A DNA stretch of 64,000 bases, from positions 202,571-266,570 of the forward strand of contig CBDBFU010000032.1 in assembly GCA_965205025.1 (NCBI GenBank), in the 5' to 3' direction. The stretch is from Candidatus Poribacteria bacterium (lineage in GTDB: Bacteria > Poribacteria > WGA-4E > WGA-3G). Positions 10,413-21,101 of this stretch are shown here, piece by piece; position 1 is the first letter of the stretch, and the number at the start of each line of letters is the position of its first letter. The notes below the pieces were generated by a model that saw only the letters and a list, made by a program, of their open reading frames with translations, searched no databases and was not told the DNA's origin. Both the position numbers and the translations under genes were made by a program.

Positions 10413-11183
10413 CTAATCATTAGATTCGTTAGGATGCCACAGATTTTTCTCTGTAATACCCAAGTCTTTAATAATAGGTGTAAGAAGAGATAATTCTTCC
10501 AACTGTTTTATGTTATGGGCATCACTACCAATAAGCAGTTTAACATCCCGTTCTAAACATAACTGATAGAAGTCAATCAGATGGGGTTGATTATAACGGA
10601 TAATCTTAGGGGTGAGTTCTATACCGAGTCCGCGTTGAGAAGCGAGATCCAATTGATAAATTAAACGTTTATGTTCAATGTTGTTTAGCATTTCCTGTCC
10701 AAATGCTGCAAGTGTCTCTGGTGAATGTTGGAAGACATCAGGGGATAATAGAAAAGGATGAACAACCGCATCTGTGATAGGAGAAGCAATCGCTGCCTCA
10801 AACATATAGATTTCGTGGAGTGCAACTCGTCTCGGATCACGGAGACTTTTCGGACGTTCAACACCGCGTAGGTGGTAATGGTTTGGTGCCATCAATACAT
10901 AATCGAAATACGATGCCATACGAATCTTGATTGAGGGAACCTGATAATCAAGCATCTGTGATTCAACACCAAAATGCACATCAATTGAAGGTTCAGCATC
11001 TTTAATGGATTGTCGTGCTGCCTCAATAGTCTTTACTTTAGATTGATAACTGTAATCATGGTCAGTTATTCCAATTGATTCTATACCGTGTTCTTGTTGA
11101 AATTTTATTATTTTCTCAGTACTAAAGTCATTCTCCGCACATCCAGAAAGTTGTGTATGAATATGATAATCACAACTAAACAT
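10413..11183 (-). CDS. PHP-domain (histidinol phosphatase-like) protein
   Basis: DYHIHT, GITDHD, VVHP and GSDAH motifs. Confidence 0.85.
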   Translation of the reverse strand: MFSCDYHIHTQLSGCAENDFSTEKIIKFQQEHGIESIGITDHDYSYQSKVKTIEAARQSIKDAEPSIDVHFGVESQMLDYQVPSIKIRMASYFDYVLMAPNHYHLRGVERPKSLRDPRRVALHEIYMFEAAIASPITDAVVHPFLLSPDVFQHSPETLAAFGQEMLNNIEHKRLIYQLDLASQRGLGIELTPKIIRYNQPHLIDFYQLCLERDVKLLIGSDAHNIKQLEELSLLTPIIKDLGITEKNLWHPNESND

Positions 11184-11332
11184 TGCCTACTCCTTCAAAC
11201 TAATTCAAACCTAATAAATTATTACAGACTTCTGTTTGGAATGCAACATAAAAACCGTGAATTATTTGATAAATAGATACGTCAAATACGAGTAATTAGA
11301 TAACGGAAATACGTGAGTAGCATTATTTTTTC

Positions 11333-11362
11333 TTGCAATATCTTGCTAATCTAAGATATACT
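11333..11362 (+). promoter_or_regulatory. Putative sigma70 promoter of nuo cluster 1
   Basis: TTGCAA-N18-TATACT about 70 bp upstream of nuoA. Confidence 0.45.
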
Positions 11363-11433
11363 TTAAGCGGTTATAATTACGCCCCACATGACACTATACT
11401 AACCGAAACGACACTGTTAAATAGGGACAAGTC

Positions 11434-11844
11434 ATGCTCTTTAATTTCGCGAATGTTCTGATATTTGTTATTGTCGGATGTCTATTTGTTGTATTAAATT
11501 TGACTGTCTCTCGTTTACTTCACACGAAGTTGTTTTCCGGTGAAAAATACATCCCTTATGAATGTGGTGAAGATCCAATCGGTGATACGCGGATTAAGTT
11601 TAACACGCGTTTCTATGTCATCGCGCTAATTTTTTTAATTTTTGATGTTGAAGTTGTTTTCCTTCTACCGTGGGCAGTGGTTTTCCGTAGTATTGGTCCC
11701 ATTGCATTTCTGGAGATGCTCGTTTTTATCGCTATACTCTTAGTAGGTTTGGCTTATGTATGGGCAAAAGGTGACCTTGAATGGATCCGTTCTACACAAT
11801 TAGAAGTACAGTCCGTTCAAAGGGAGGAAAGTTATGATAATTGA
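11434..11844 (+). CDS. nuoA: NADH-quinone oxidoreductase subunit A (cluster 1)
   Basis: YECGEDP and [16 protein letters not shown]. Confidence 0.95.
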   Translation: MLFNFANVLIFVIVGCLFVVLNLTVSRLLHTKLFSGEKYIPYECGEDPIGDTRIKFNTRFYVIALIFLIFDVEVVFLLPWAVVFRSIGPIAFLEMLVFIAILLVGLAYVWAKGDLEWIRSTQLEVQSVQREESYDN

Positions 11845-12424
11845 TGAAAAACTTGATAAGAATATCATTGTTACATCAGTTGACGCTGTTGCCAATTGGG
11901 CACGTTCCTCTGCCCTTTGGCCAATGACATTTGGACTTGCATGTTGTGCAATTGAATTTATGGCAACTGCAGCCTCAAATTATGACCTGGACAGATTTGG
12001 TGCTGGTGTCCCTCGTGCTACACCCCGTCAATCCGATTTAATGGTGATTTCTGGTACGGTTACACTTAAGATGGCAACACGTATAAAACGACTATATGAA
12101 CAGATGCCTGAACCAAAATATGTCATCTCTATGGGAAGTTGTGCTACAAGTGGTGGACCCTACTGGCAACACGGTTACCATGTTCTTAAAGGTGTTGATA
12201 GGATTATCCCTGTTGATGTTTATGTGCCAGGATGTCCTCCCAGACCCGAAGCACTCATAGAAGGACTATTAAAATTACAAGAAAAAATTCGAACACAAAC
12301 TGTCGCTAAACGATCAGATGTACCATTTCTAAAAAGACTCTTTACAAAGACTGAATGGTATGAACAAGAAAAGATTGAAGCTGCAACCGATGAAGATACA
12401 CCTGATACTGAAGACAAAACTTAG
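11834..12424 (+). CDS. nuoB: NADH-quinone oxidoreductase subunit B (cluster 1)
   Basis: [18 protein letters not shown] and PGCPPRPE (N2 ligands). Confidence 0.96.
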   Translation: MIIDEKLDKNIIVTSVDAVANWARSSALWPMTFGLACCAIEFMATAASNYDLDRFGAGVPRATPRQSDLMVISGTVTLKMATRIKRLYEQMPEPKYVISMGSCATSGGPYWQHGYHVLKGVDRIIPVDVYVPGCPPRPEALIEGLLKLQEKIRTQTVAKRSDVPFLKRLFTKTEWYEQEKIEAATDEDTPDTEDKT

Positions 12425-12477
12425 AGACTACAGAAGCGACACAATAATGCCAACTCTTAATATGGAGTCGAAAATAC

Positions 12478-12963
12478 GTGAACCTTGAAGAAATCTATCA
12501 GGTCTTAAAAGATAAGTTTGGTGAAGCTGTCCTTACACTTGACACAGAACTTTCTGGTGATCATAGTATTCATATCTCTCCTACAGAAATCGCAGATGTA
12601 TGTAAATTCCTTAAAGAGACTGATACATTAGCATTTGATTCACTGATGTGTCTAAGTGGAGTTGATTTGAGTGCTAAAGATGAGGAATTTGCTGTTGTAT
12701 ATCATCTCTACTCTATGAATCACCGGCATAAGGTTGTATTAAAGACACTTCTACCCAAATCAGAACCGCAATTACCCAGTGTCTCACATATTTGGAAAAC
12801 TGCAGATTGGCATGAAAGAGAAGCTTACGATCTTTACGGAATAATCTTTGAAGGACATACAGATCTTCGTAGACTTCTACTCCCTGATGATTGGGAAGGA
12901 TATCCTTTACGGAAAGACTATCAAGAACCCGATTTCTATCGTGGAATGCGTGTTCCATATTAA
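12478..12963 (+). CDS. nuoC: NADH-quinone oxidoreductase subunit C (cluster 1)
   Basis: ADWHEREAYDLYGIIFEGH and GYPLRKDY; GTG start. Confidence 0.95.
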   Translation: MNLEEIYQVLKDKFGEAVLTLDTELSGDHSIHISPTEIADVCKFLKETDTLAFDSLMCLSGVDLSAKDEEFAVVYHLYSMNHRHKVVLKTLLPKSEPQLPSVSHIWKTADWHEREAYDLYGIIFEGHTDLRRLLLPDDWEGYPLRKDYQEPDFYRGMRVPY

Positions 12964-13037
12964 ATGTATTAAGCAAGTATCTAATTTAATATAGAAATAT
13001 ATAGTTTAGGAATACTCAAGAACAATCACCCAAATTT

Positions 13038-14242
13038 ATGGAAAGTACACAATCAACAGAATCAAAAATCATTGAATTAAAACCTTTTACGGATGAAATG
13101 ATTGTAAATATGGGACCTCAACATCCAAGTACACACGGTGTACTTCGTTTGGAATTGAAATTGGATGGTGAGGTAGTTCGTGAAGCAATTCCACATATCG
13201 GATATCTCCACCGTTGTTTCGAAAAACACTCTGAAAATCTCTCATACCCCCAAATCATACCTTTTACGGATCGCATGGATTATGTTGCAGCAATGAACCA
13301 AAATTGGGGGTTTTGCCTTGCTGTAGAAAAACTCATGGAGGCTGATGAGGAAAAGGAATTCGCTGTACCAGAACGTGCAGAATATCTACGAGTATTAATA
13401 TGTGAATTAAATCGTATTGCAAGTCATCTACTGTCTTTGGAACTTACGGTATGGATATCGGAGCATTCACACCATTCCTCTATGCTTTCCGCGATCGTGA
13501 ACGTCTTCTACTTCTTTTTGAGAAAGTATGTGGGGCACGTTTAACCTATAATTATATTCGTATTGGTGGTGTTTCTGAAATTATACCGATGGAACCGGGA
13601 TCTATTGATGAACAAAACTTCTTAGATGAGATTGAGGAATTTCTCGATTACTTTGAACCACAGATTGATGAATATAATGACCTACTAACTTCCAATAGTA
13701 TCTTTGCTGAAAGAACAATGGGGGTCGCAGTAATGTCTGCTGAGATGGCATTGAGTTATGGATCGACTGGACCGAATCTACGTGGTTCAGGTGTCGACTG
13801 GGATTTAAGACGAGATGAACCTTATTCAATATATGATCGATTTGAATATGATGTACCAGTTGCCAAGGATATACCGGAATTAGGGGCTGTTGTCGGGGAT
13901 TGTTGGAGTCGATACAAAATACGGATGGATGAAATGAAGGAATCCGTTAGTATATGTCGACAGATTTTAGCTGAAGGTTTACCTGATGGACCTGTTATGG
14001 CAGATTTGAAAGCAGTCCGTCCTCCTAAGGGTGAGATATATTTCCGTAGTGAAGCACCGAGGGGAGAGTTGGGTTTCTACATTGTCAGTGATGGTACACC
14101 TAAACCTGTCCGTGTCAAGGGACGATCCCCATGCTTCAGTGCTCTAAGTGCTCTGCAGGAATTAAGTCAAGGATTGATGGTAGCTGATATCATCGCAATT
14201 ATTGGTAGTATTGATATTGTTATGGGAGAAGTTGATAGATAG
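13038..14242 (+). CDS. nuoD: NADH-quinone oxidoreductase subunit D (cluster 1), one frameshift near 13438 (probable sequencing error)
   Basis: [12 protein letters not shown] and GYLHRCFEK in one frame; EAPRGELG and DIVMGEVDR in another; a single missing base at ctgtctttggaact restores LSxGTYGMD. Confidence 0.93.
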
Positions 14243-14327
14243 TATTTTGGTCATTGAAATGTAAAGTTGAATACTATTCTAAACAAGAAAATGCAATCAT
14301 TGTTTTGTATACAAATAAGGAAGTTTG

Positions 14328-15545
14328 ATGTCGGATATTTTACCAAGTAGTTTTTTTATTCAGATTCAAGATGCATCTGGTAATTGGGCTTCAGATTTCG
14401 TTGAAAATGTAATTATTCCTAAAATTCCTCATCTACCCGTGGAGTTAGGCACTGTACTCGTGATGATAGCATGTGCGGGTATATTCGTTGCCGTTGTTCC
14501 TTTACTTCCATTAGTACTTGTTCTTGCAGAAAGAAAAGTTGCTGCTCGGTTTCAAAACAGAACAGGTCCAATGCGTGTTGGACCGTGGGGAACTCTTCAA
14601 ACGCTTGCAGATGGAATAAAACTTATCTTTAAAGAAGATTTTATTCCAGCTCAAGGTGACAAACTCCTTTTCCTTCTTGCTCCTTATGTCATATTTGCCT
14701 GTTCTTTCGCAGTATTTGCAGCTATCCCATTTGGTCAAAATATATTAGTGAGTGATTTTAATATCGGCATCTTTTATATTATGGCGATTTCATCAGTCAT
14801 TGTCATGGGAGTGATTATGGCTGGATGGTCATCAAATAGTAAATGGTCTCTGTTAGGTTCATTGCGTTCGGCAGCACAGATTGTCAGTTATGAAATTCCA
14901 CTCGGTCTTTCCATCTTAACTGTAGTTATGTTGGTTGGAAGTTTGGGTATGAGAGATATCGTCGCTTCTCAAGAGAACGGGTTTTTCAGTTGGTTAATTT
15001 TTAGATCACCCTTTACGTTCATTGCATTCTTTATCTTTTTCATTTCATCTATCGCGGAAGTCAACCGAACCCCATTTGATTTACCTGAAGCGGAATCTGA
15101 AATCGTTGCGGGTTTCCACACTGAATATAGTGGCATGCGATTCGCACTCTTCTTTATTGCTGAATATGCAAATATGTTCGCTGTCAGTGCAATAGCAGTT
15201 ACACTATTTCTGGGTGGATATGAAGGTGTGCTTCCCGGTTATGACTTCATGGGCGGTTTCCCCGGTTTTGTTATAAAGACATTAGGTCTTGTTTTCTTAA
15301 TGATGTGGTTGAGATGGACTCTTCCGCGATTGCGTGTTGACCAACTAATGAATCTCTGCTGGAAATATTTTATACCGATCTCTTTCTTCAACATCTTAGG
15401 GACTGGAGTCTGGGGTTTAATTTTCGAAACGGATGATATATGGAGTATAGGAATTAGTTGTACAATTATATATGTCGGTTTAATCAGTGCGTATGCTTTG
15501 GCTGGACGGGTTTTCTCTCGAAAACCTGCAACACAAGCAAGTTAG
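14328..15545 (+). CDS. nuoH: NADH-quinone oxidoreductase subunit H (cluster 1)
   Basis: ERKVAARFQNRTGP, NRTPFDLPEAESE and RWTLPRLRVDQLM. Confidence 0.96.
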   Translation: MSDILPSSFFIQIQDASGNWASDFVENVIIPKIPHLPVELGTVLVMIACAGIFVAVVPLLPLVLVLAERKVAARFQNRTGPMRVGPWGTLQTLADGIKLIFKEDFIPAQGDKLLFLLAPYVIFACSFAVFAAIPFGQNILVSDFNIGIFYIMAISSVIVMGVIMAGWSSNSKWSLLGSLRSAAQIVSYEIPLGLSILTVVMLVGSLGMRDIVASQENGFFSWLIFRSPFTFIAFFIFFISSIAEVNRTPFDLPEAESEIVAGFHTEYSGMRFALFFIAEYANMFAVSAIAVTLFLGGYEGVLPGYDFMGGFPGFVIKTLGLVFLMMWLRWTLPRLRVDQLMNLCWKYFIPISFFNILGTGVWGLIFETDDIWSIGISCTIIYVGLISAYALAGRVFSRKPATQAS

Positions 15546-15581
15546 GTTAATCTATATAGTCCCAATTTGGAGAATACAAAT

Positions 15582-16301
15582 ATGGACAAATACATACGAA
15601 ACATATACAAAGGTATATACACTGTCCTTGTTGGAATGCGGATTACTATACGACAGTTCTTTGAACCAAATGTGACACACCAATACCCTTATGAACATGA
15701 TTTTGAAAAGAAGCAGAATGTACGGGAGATTCCAAAAGGATATCGTGGACAACTCTATAATCGTATAGAGGATTGTATTGGATGTAAAAAATGTGAGATG
15801 ATCTGTCCTGTTGATTGTATTACCATCCAAGGTGATAAACTTCCAAAAGGTGAACAACTTTGGGATAGTATGAATGTTATTCATCTAAAAGATGGTAGAG
15901 AAATAATTGGAATATTAGAAGGTGATGACAAAAAGATTAATCTTGAAGGTTCACTGACATTGACCAATACCACATCCCGCTTGGGACCACAAGAAGTTAT
16001 AGACCGTCTTGAACCCTCTGGCGATGAAAGCAGAACACAGACTATATCGGGTTCTGAAGTTTCTCGTGTTGTTACACGTAACCCTGTCGTATTCTATCTT
16101 GACCAGTTTGATATTGATATGTCCCTCTGCATGTATTGTGGATTGTGTACTGAAGTTTGTCCCACTGAGTGTCTTGTCATGAAGGATTCACTGGAAGGTA
16201 TTGAGTATTCAAAGTTTGACCGTACAGATCTGATATTCGAATTTGATAAGCAGGAAATGTACAATAAGAATGACGAAAGTAGTATAGAAGCTGCAGATTA
16301 A
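15582..16301 (+). CDS. nuoI: NADH-quinone oxidoreductase subunit I with a long internal insertion
   Basis: Two CxxCxxCxxxCP motifs (CIGCKKCEMICP, CMYCGLCTEVCP); located between nuoH and nuoJ. Confidence 0.92.
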   Translation: MDKYIRNIYKGIYTVLVGMRITIRQFFEPNVTHQYPYEHDFEKKQNVREIPKGYRGQLYNRIEDCIGCKKCEMICPVDCITIQGDKLPKGEQLWDSMNVIHLKDGREIIGILEGDDKKINLEGSLTLTNTTSRLGPQEVIDRLEPSGDESRTQTISGSEVSRVVTRNPVVFYLDQFDIDMSLCMYCGLCTEVCPTECLVMKDSLEGIEYSKFDRTDLIFEFDKQEMYNKNDESSIEAAD

Positions 16302-16338
16302 TTTCACTCCTATGACTAACTTGTTGGATTAATTATAG

Positions 16339-16857
16339 ATGGAAATAACACTGAAGACACTTGTTTTTTATGGATTTGCTCTTCTAACAATCGGTTCTGC
16401 CTTCGCTGTAGTAACCGTCCGTAATATCGTACATGCTGCATTTGCACTCATGGTAACTCTTTTTGGGGTAGCAGGACTTTACGTGTTCCTACAAGCAGAT
16501 TTTCTTGCTGCAACACAGGTGATTGTATATGTTGGTGGGATACTCGTTCTCATTCTTTTTGGTGTCATGATGACAAGTGGTAGATTACAAATGCGTATCC
16601 ATATTGAAAGAGGACAACTCCTATTGGGTGGTGGTATTACAATTGCTTTACTCCTGCTGTTATTGACAGTCATTGCTAATACACCCAGATGGAAGAACTT
16701 ATCTGATGATGGAACTGAGTTTGCTCCTACAACAAGTCGTATTGGTGAACTGATTTTAAATGAACAATTTCTGCTTCCATTCGAGATTGCCTCTGTATTG
16801 TTATTAGTCGCACTTATCGGTGCAGCTTTAATATCTCGTAAGGAGATAAGGGATTAA
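16339..16857 (+). CDS. nuoJ: NADH-quinone oxidoreductase subunit J (cluster 1)
   Basis: QVIVYVGGILVL and LPFEIASVLLLVALIGA. Confidence 0.95.
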   Translation: MEITLKTLVFYGFALLTIGSAFAVVTVRNIVHAAFALMVTLFGVAGLYVFLQADFLAATQVIVYVGGILVLILFGVMMTSGRLQMRIHIERGQLLLGGGITIALLLLLLTVIANTPRWKNLSDDGTEFAPTTSRIGELILNEQFLLPFEIASVLLLVALIGAALISRKEIRD

Positions 16858-16893
16858 TATCCTCTTAGAATAATAGTTTTTTAGGTTTTATTT

Positions 16894-17202
16894 ATGACTT
16901 TACAACACTATTTAGTCATCAGTTCAATCTTGTTTTGTCTCGGTATTTTTGCTGTTTTGACACGACGCAATGCAATTAGTATTCTTATGGGTATTGAACT
17001 CATTCTCAATTCTTGCAATCTTAATTTCGTTGCTTTCTCACGTTTTGTCACGCCACCTGAGAACATAGATGGTCAGATCATTGCCATATTTGGTATTGTC
17101 TTAGCTGCAGCTGAGGCAGCTGTTTTTCTTGCGATTATACTTGCTATCTACCGTGAATTTGGTAGTATCAGACCTGATGAAGTGGATACCTTAAAGGGGT
17201 AA
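16894..17202 (+). CDS. nuoK: NADH-quinone oxidoreductase subunit K (cluster 1)
   Basis: RRNAISILMGIELILN and AAAEAAV. Confidence 0.95.
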   Translation: MTLQHYLVISSILFCLGIFAVLTRRNAISILMGIELILNSCNLNFVAFSRFVTPPENIDGQIIAIFGIVLAAAEAAVFLAIILAIYREFGSIRPDEVDTLKG

Positions 17203-17211
17203 TTATTATAT

Positions 17212-19428
17212 ATGGTTGTTCCATTAATTAGTATTATTTTACTTGCACCTCTAACAGCATTTGCAATCTATGCTTTATTTGGTTTAGCCAAACAAGAGAT
17301 ACCAAGGCAAGATATTTTATCAACATTTGCAATGCTTGTTGCCTTCATCTGTTCTATCCTACTCCTCTGGCAAGTAGTTCCAGATCCAGACCCCCATACC
17401 ATTGATTGGATCTCACTCGGTAGCATAACATTTTCAATGGGATTCTACCTGGACAGTGTGACAGTCATAATGCTCATTGTTGTCACCTTGGTGAGTAGCC
17501 TTGTACACATTTTCTCAATTGGATATATGCATGGTGATCCGAGGTATCCAAGATTCTTTGCATTCCTATCTCTATTCTCATTTTCCATGCTGTTCTTGGT
17601 GGTATCCGATAATCTACTCGGTATCTATATCGGTTGGGAACTTGTCGGTCTATGTTCCTATCTTCTCATAGGATTCTGGTTTGAAAAAGATTCAGCTGCA
17701 GATGCATGTAAGAAAGCATTCCTGACGACTCGTGTCGGTGATATCGGTATGTTTGTCGGGATGATGATGTTGTTCACAAGATTTGATACACTCTCACTTT
17801 ATGATGGCGCAAACGAAGGTATCTTTACACAGGTTGCTGGATTAAGTGGTACAGGTGATATGGTATGGCTATCTATAGCAGGTATTCTTATTTTTTGTGG
17901 TGCAGTTGGTAAATCTGCACAAGTGCCATTACACACATGGCTTCCCGATGCGATGGAAGGTCCAACACCAGTTAGTGCTTTGATTCATGCTGCGACAATG
18001 GTTGCAGCGGGTGTTTATCTTACAGCACGGATGTTTCCCATTTTAACTACATCTTCCTCACTTGTAATTGCCTATGTTGGTGGCATAACGGCTATAGTTG
18101 CGGCAACCATTGCAATCGTTCGTTTTGATATTAAACGTGTTTTGGCTTATTCCACAGTTAGTCAACTGGGTTTTATGATGTTGGCAATTGGGGCAGGGAG
18201 TTATGTCGCGGGACTATTCCACTTGACTACACATGCATTCTTTAAAGCATTACTATTCCTTGGATCAGGCAGTGTTATTCACGCTTTCCACGCAATGCAT
18301 CATTCACATCATGATGAAGAACACTCAGAAGATGGAGAACATGCACACGATGACCATAGTTTAGTACACGAACACGGGTCTGAAATTCCTCCAGATCAAG
18401 ATATGCGGAATATGGGTGGACTTCGTCGAAAGATGCCATTTACTTTTGGCACTATGCTAATTGCAACCCTATCAATATCAGGTGTGCCTTTTATATTTTC
18501 TGGATTTTGGAGTAAAGACAAGATATTAGGTGGTGTTCTTGAAAGAGCAATGGAATGGAACTCAATTCACCACTACATTCTATTTGTCGTTGCCCTTATT
18601 GCTGCAGGTATAACAGCATTTTATATGTTCCGTCTGATTTTCATGACCTTTTTCGGTGAACCCCAAAACCATGAAATGCATGAGATGGCACACGAGTCTC
18701 CATGGGTAATGACCGTTCCACTACTTGTCTTGATGGTTTTAAGTTTTCCAGTAGTGAACCATATCTGGTTCAACAAAGATTATGTAAAACCACCTGTTCA
18801 ACATCATATTCATGCTCCAGAACATGCACAGGTTATACCTGATTCCAAAACAGGTAACACGGAATTTAGTTTGGCATTCTTAGGTGTATCAGAAGCAGTT
18901 GCAGCAGAAGGAGAAGAGAATGGAGGCGATTCTGAACATGCTGCCGATGAACACCATGGACACAGTCCTGCACATACAATTGCAATGATCCTTTCTATCA
19001 TTGTTGCGGGTTTAGGTATACTTCTATCATGGTTGTTTTACCATAAAAGAAGATTGTCTGCTGAGGCTGTATCAACGACTTTCCGTCCAGTTTACAACCT
19101 ATTCTGGAATAAGTATTATTTTGACGAATTTTACGACGGCGTATTAGTCGCACTAACTGTCTGGAAATCTCGACTATTCGCACAATTTGATGGGTCAGTA
19201 GTTGATGGTATTGTCAATGGTGTTGGCACAGTAACCCGTGATGTATTTGCAGCATTCACTGGATTCTTTGATAATAGTGTGGTCGATGGAATTGTTAATC
19301 GGATTGCAGAGGTTACCTGGGCATTCGGAGGAAGAATCCGTAGACTACAAACAGGGGCAATCCAAACATATCTTTTTGTCGTGATAGGTGGGATAGTGTT
19401 GATAATTCTTATATTTAGAGTATTATAG
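17212..19428 (+). CDS. nuoL: NADH-quinone oxidoreductase subunit L (cluster 1)
   Basis: GKSAQVPLHTWLPDAMEGPTPVSALIHAATMV; contains His-rich insertions. Confidence 0.96.
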   Translation: MVVPLISIILLAPLTAFAIYALFGLAKQEIPRQDILSTFAMLVAFICSILLLWQVVPDPDPHTIDWISLGSITFSMGFYLDSVTVIMLIVVTLVSSLVHIFSIGYMHGDPRYPRFFAFLSLFSFSMLFLVVSDNLLGIYIGWELVGLCSYLLIGFWFEKDSAADACKKAFLTTRVGDIGMFVGMMMLFTRFDTLSLYDGANEGIFTQVAGLSGTGDMVWLSIAGILIFCGAVGKSAQVPLHTWLPDAMEGPTPVSALIHAATMVAAGVYLTARMFPILTTSSSLVIAYVGGITAIVAATIAIVRFDIKRVLAYSTVSQLGFMMLAIGAGSYVAGLFHLTTHAFFKALLFLGSGSVIHAFHAMHHSHHDEEHSEDGEHAHDDHSLVHEHGSEIPPDQDMRNMGGLRRKMPFTFGTMLIATLSISGVPFIFSGFWSKDKILGGVLERAMEWNSIHHYILFVVALIAAGITAFYMFRLIFMTFFGEPQNHEMHEMAHESPWVMTVPLLVLMVLSFPVVNHIWFNKDYVKPPVQHHIHAPEHAQVIPDSKTGNTEFSLAFLGVSEAVAAEGEENGGDSEHAADEHHGHSPAHTIAMILSIIVAGLGILLSWLFYHKRRLSAEAVSTTFRPVYNLFWNKYYFDEFYDGVLVALTVWKSRLFAQFDGSVVDGIVNGVGTVTRDVFAAFTGFFDNSVVDGIVNRIAEVTWAFGGRIRRLQTGAIQTYLFVVIGGIVLIILIFRVL

Positions 19429-19568
19429 TCTTTCCATTATATGAAGTTTCTGAGACTATTCTTATTATATCACTTAAAAAATAAAGGTCTATTAGTAGCG
19501 AGAGAATCAAATTAAACTATTACAATGATTGCCAAAAAGGTAAATTCAGCGAGGAAGAATACTAAAAA

Positions 19569-21092
19569 ATGTTATTATCGCTAATGATTTTTGTTCCATT
19601 GCTTGGGATGGTAGTTGTTTTGCTTCTACCACGCGAATCTGAGGAACTCATAAAACGGGTTACACTGCTGTTTACATTCATTCCGCTCATTCTTGCTGTG
19701 TATCTATTTATTGTCTATGAGCGTTCAACAGCTTCATCCCAGTATATTGCTAACATTACATGGATTGAGAAATTTAATATTAACTATCATGTCGGAATTG
19801 ACGGCTTGAGTGTTACTTTGATCCTTCTGACTGCCTTATTGGGACCAATCTGTGTGATAGCATCCTGGCGAAATATAGAAAAAGGTATTAAGGCTTACAT
19901 GGCACTGTTTCTGATGTTGGAAACAGGTATGTTAGGTTTCTTCGCTGCGTTGGATCTATTCCTATTCTATGTTTTCTTTGAACTAACACTATTGCCGATG
20001 TATTTCCTAATCGGTGTATGGGGAGGTCCACGTCGTGAATATGCGGCAATAAAATTCTTCCTTTACACACTATTTGGTAGTGTGTTGATGTTAGTAGCAA
20101 TGATTGCTGTCTATCTGACCAGTGGCGATCCAGGATCACGGACATTTGATATTCCAACCCTAATTGCGTTAGCTTCAACAGAAGGACATGCCCTCAATGA
20201 TCTGAATTTCCAGATATGGGTTTTCCTTGGATTCTTTATCGGTTTTGCTGTCAAAGTTCCAATCTTCCCATTTCATACATGGCTTCCAGATGCACACGTT
20301 GAAGCACCGACAGCAATAAGTGTAATTCTTGCTGGTGTTTTATTAAAGATGGGTACATACGGTCTCGTTCGGATTAACATGGCAATGTTCCCGTTAGGTT
20401 TGGATAGATTTACGAATGGTTCGGACTTCTTGGGTTACAGTCTTGCACTTCTCGGTTTTATAAATATTGTATACGGTTCATTCTGTGCATTAGCACAAAC
20501 GGATTTTAAAAAATTGGTGGCATATTCCAGTATTGGACATATGGGATTTGTCATTTTAGGATTGGCAGCCCGAAATGATACCGGTATTTCTGGAGCTATT
20601 CTTCAGATGTTTAATCACGGTGTCATCAGTGCAATGTTATTCCTACTGGTAGGTGTTCTTTATGATCGAGCTCATCATCGTGAGATAAACGGTTTTGGTG
20701 GTATAGCAAGTAAAATGCCAATTTACACAGGAATTACAACACTGGCTTTTATGGCTTCTTTAGGGTTGCCGGGGTTAAGTGGATTTGTAGGGGAGGCACT
20801 CTCTCTGCTTGGCGCGTTTGCCAAATATAAGACGCTGACGATATTATCCACCATTGGTATAGTTGTTGGTGCAGCATATTTTCTATGGACATTACAAAGA
20901 GTCTTCATGGGTGCATTGAACCCAGATTATGAGGATATACCCGAAATCAACGGTCGTGAAATACTTACCTTAGTTCCACTTGGAATCCTTACCATTGTCC
21001 TCGGTGTTTTTCCGCATATAGTAATTGATATGTTCAGTGAATCTGTAACCGAACTCACAAAAGTCATTGGCACATTCCAAGCGAACCTATAG
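19569..21092 (+). CDS. nuoM: NADH-quinone oxidoreductase subunit M (cluster 1)
   Basis: KVPIFPFHTWLPDAHVEAPT and LLKMGTYG. Confidence 0.96.
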   Translation: MLLSLMIFVPLLGMVVVLLLPRESEELIKRVTLLFTFIPLILAVYLFIVYERSTASSQYIANITWIEKFNINYHVGIDGLSVTLILLTALLGPICVIASWRNIEKGIKAYMALFLMLETGMLGFFAALDLFLFYVFFELTLLPMYFLIGVWGGPRREYAAIKFFLYTLFGSVLMLVAMIAVYLTSGDPGSRTFDIPTLIALASTEGHALNDLNFQIWVFLGFFIGFAVKVPIFPFHTWLPDAHVEAPTAISVILAGVLLKMGTYGLVRINMAMFPLGLDRFTNGSDFLGYSLALLGFINIVYGSFCALAQTDFKKLVAYSSIGHMGFVILGLAARNDTGISGAILQMFNHGVISAMLFLLVGVLYDRAHHREINGFGGIASKMPIYTGITTLAFMASLGLPGLSGFVGEALSLLGAFAKYKTLTILSTIGIVVGAAYFLWTLQRVFMGALNPDYEDIPEINGREILTLVPLGILTIVLGVFPHIVIDMFSESVTELTKVIGTFQANL

Positions 21093-21101
21093 GAGGATGG
21101 T

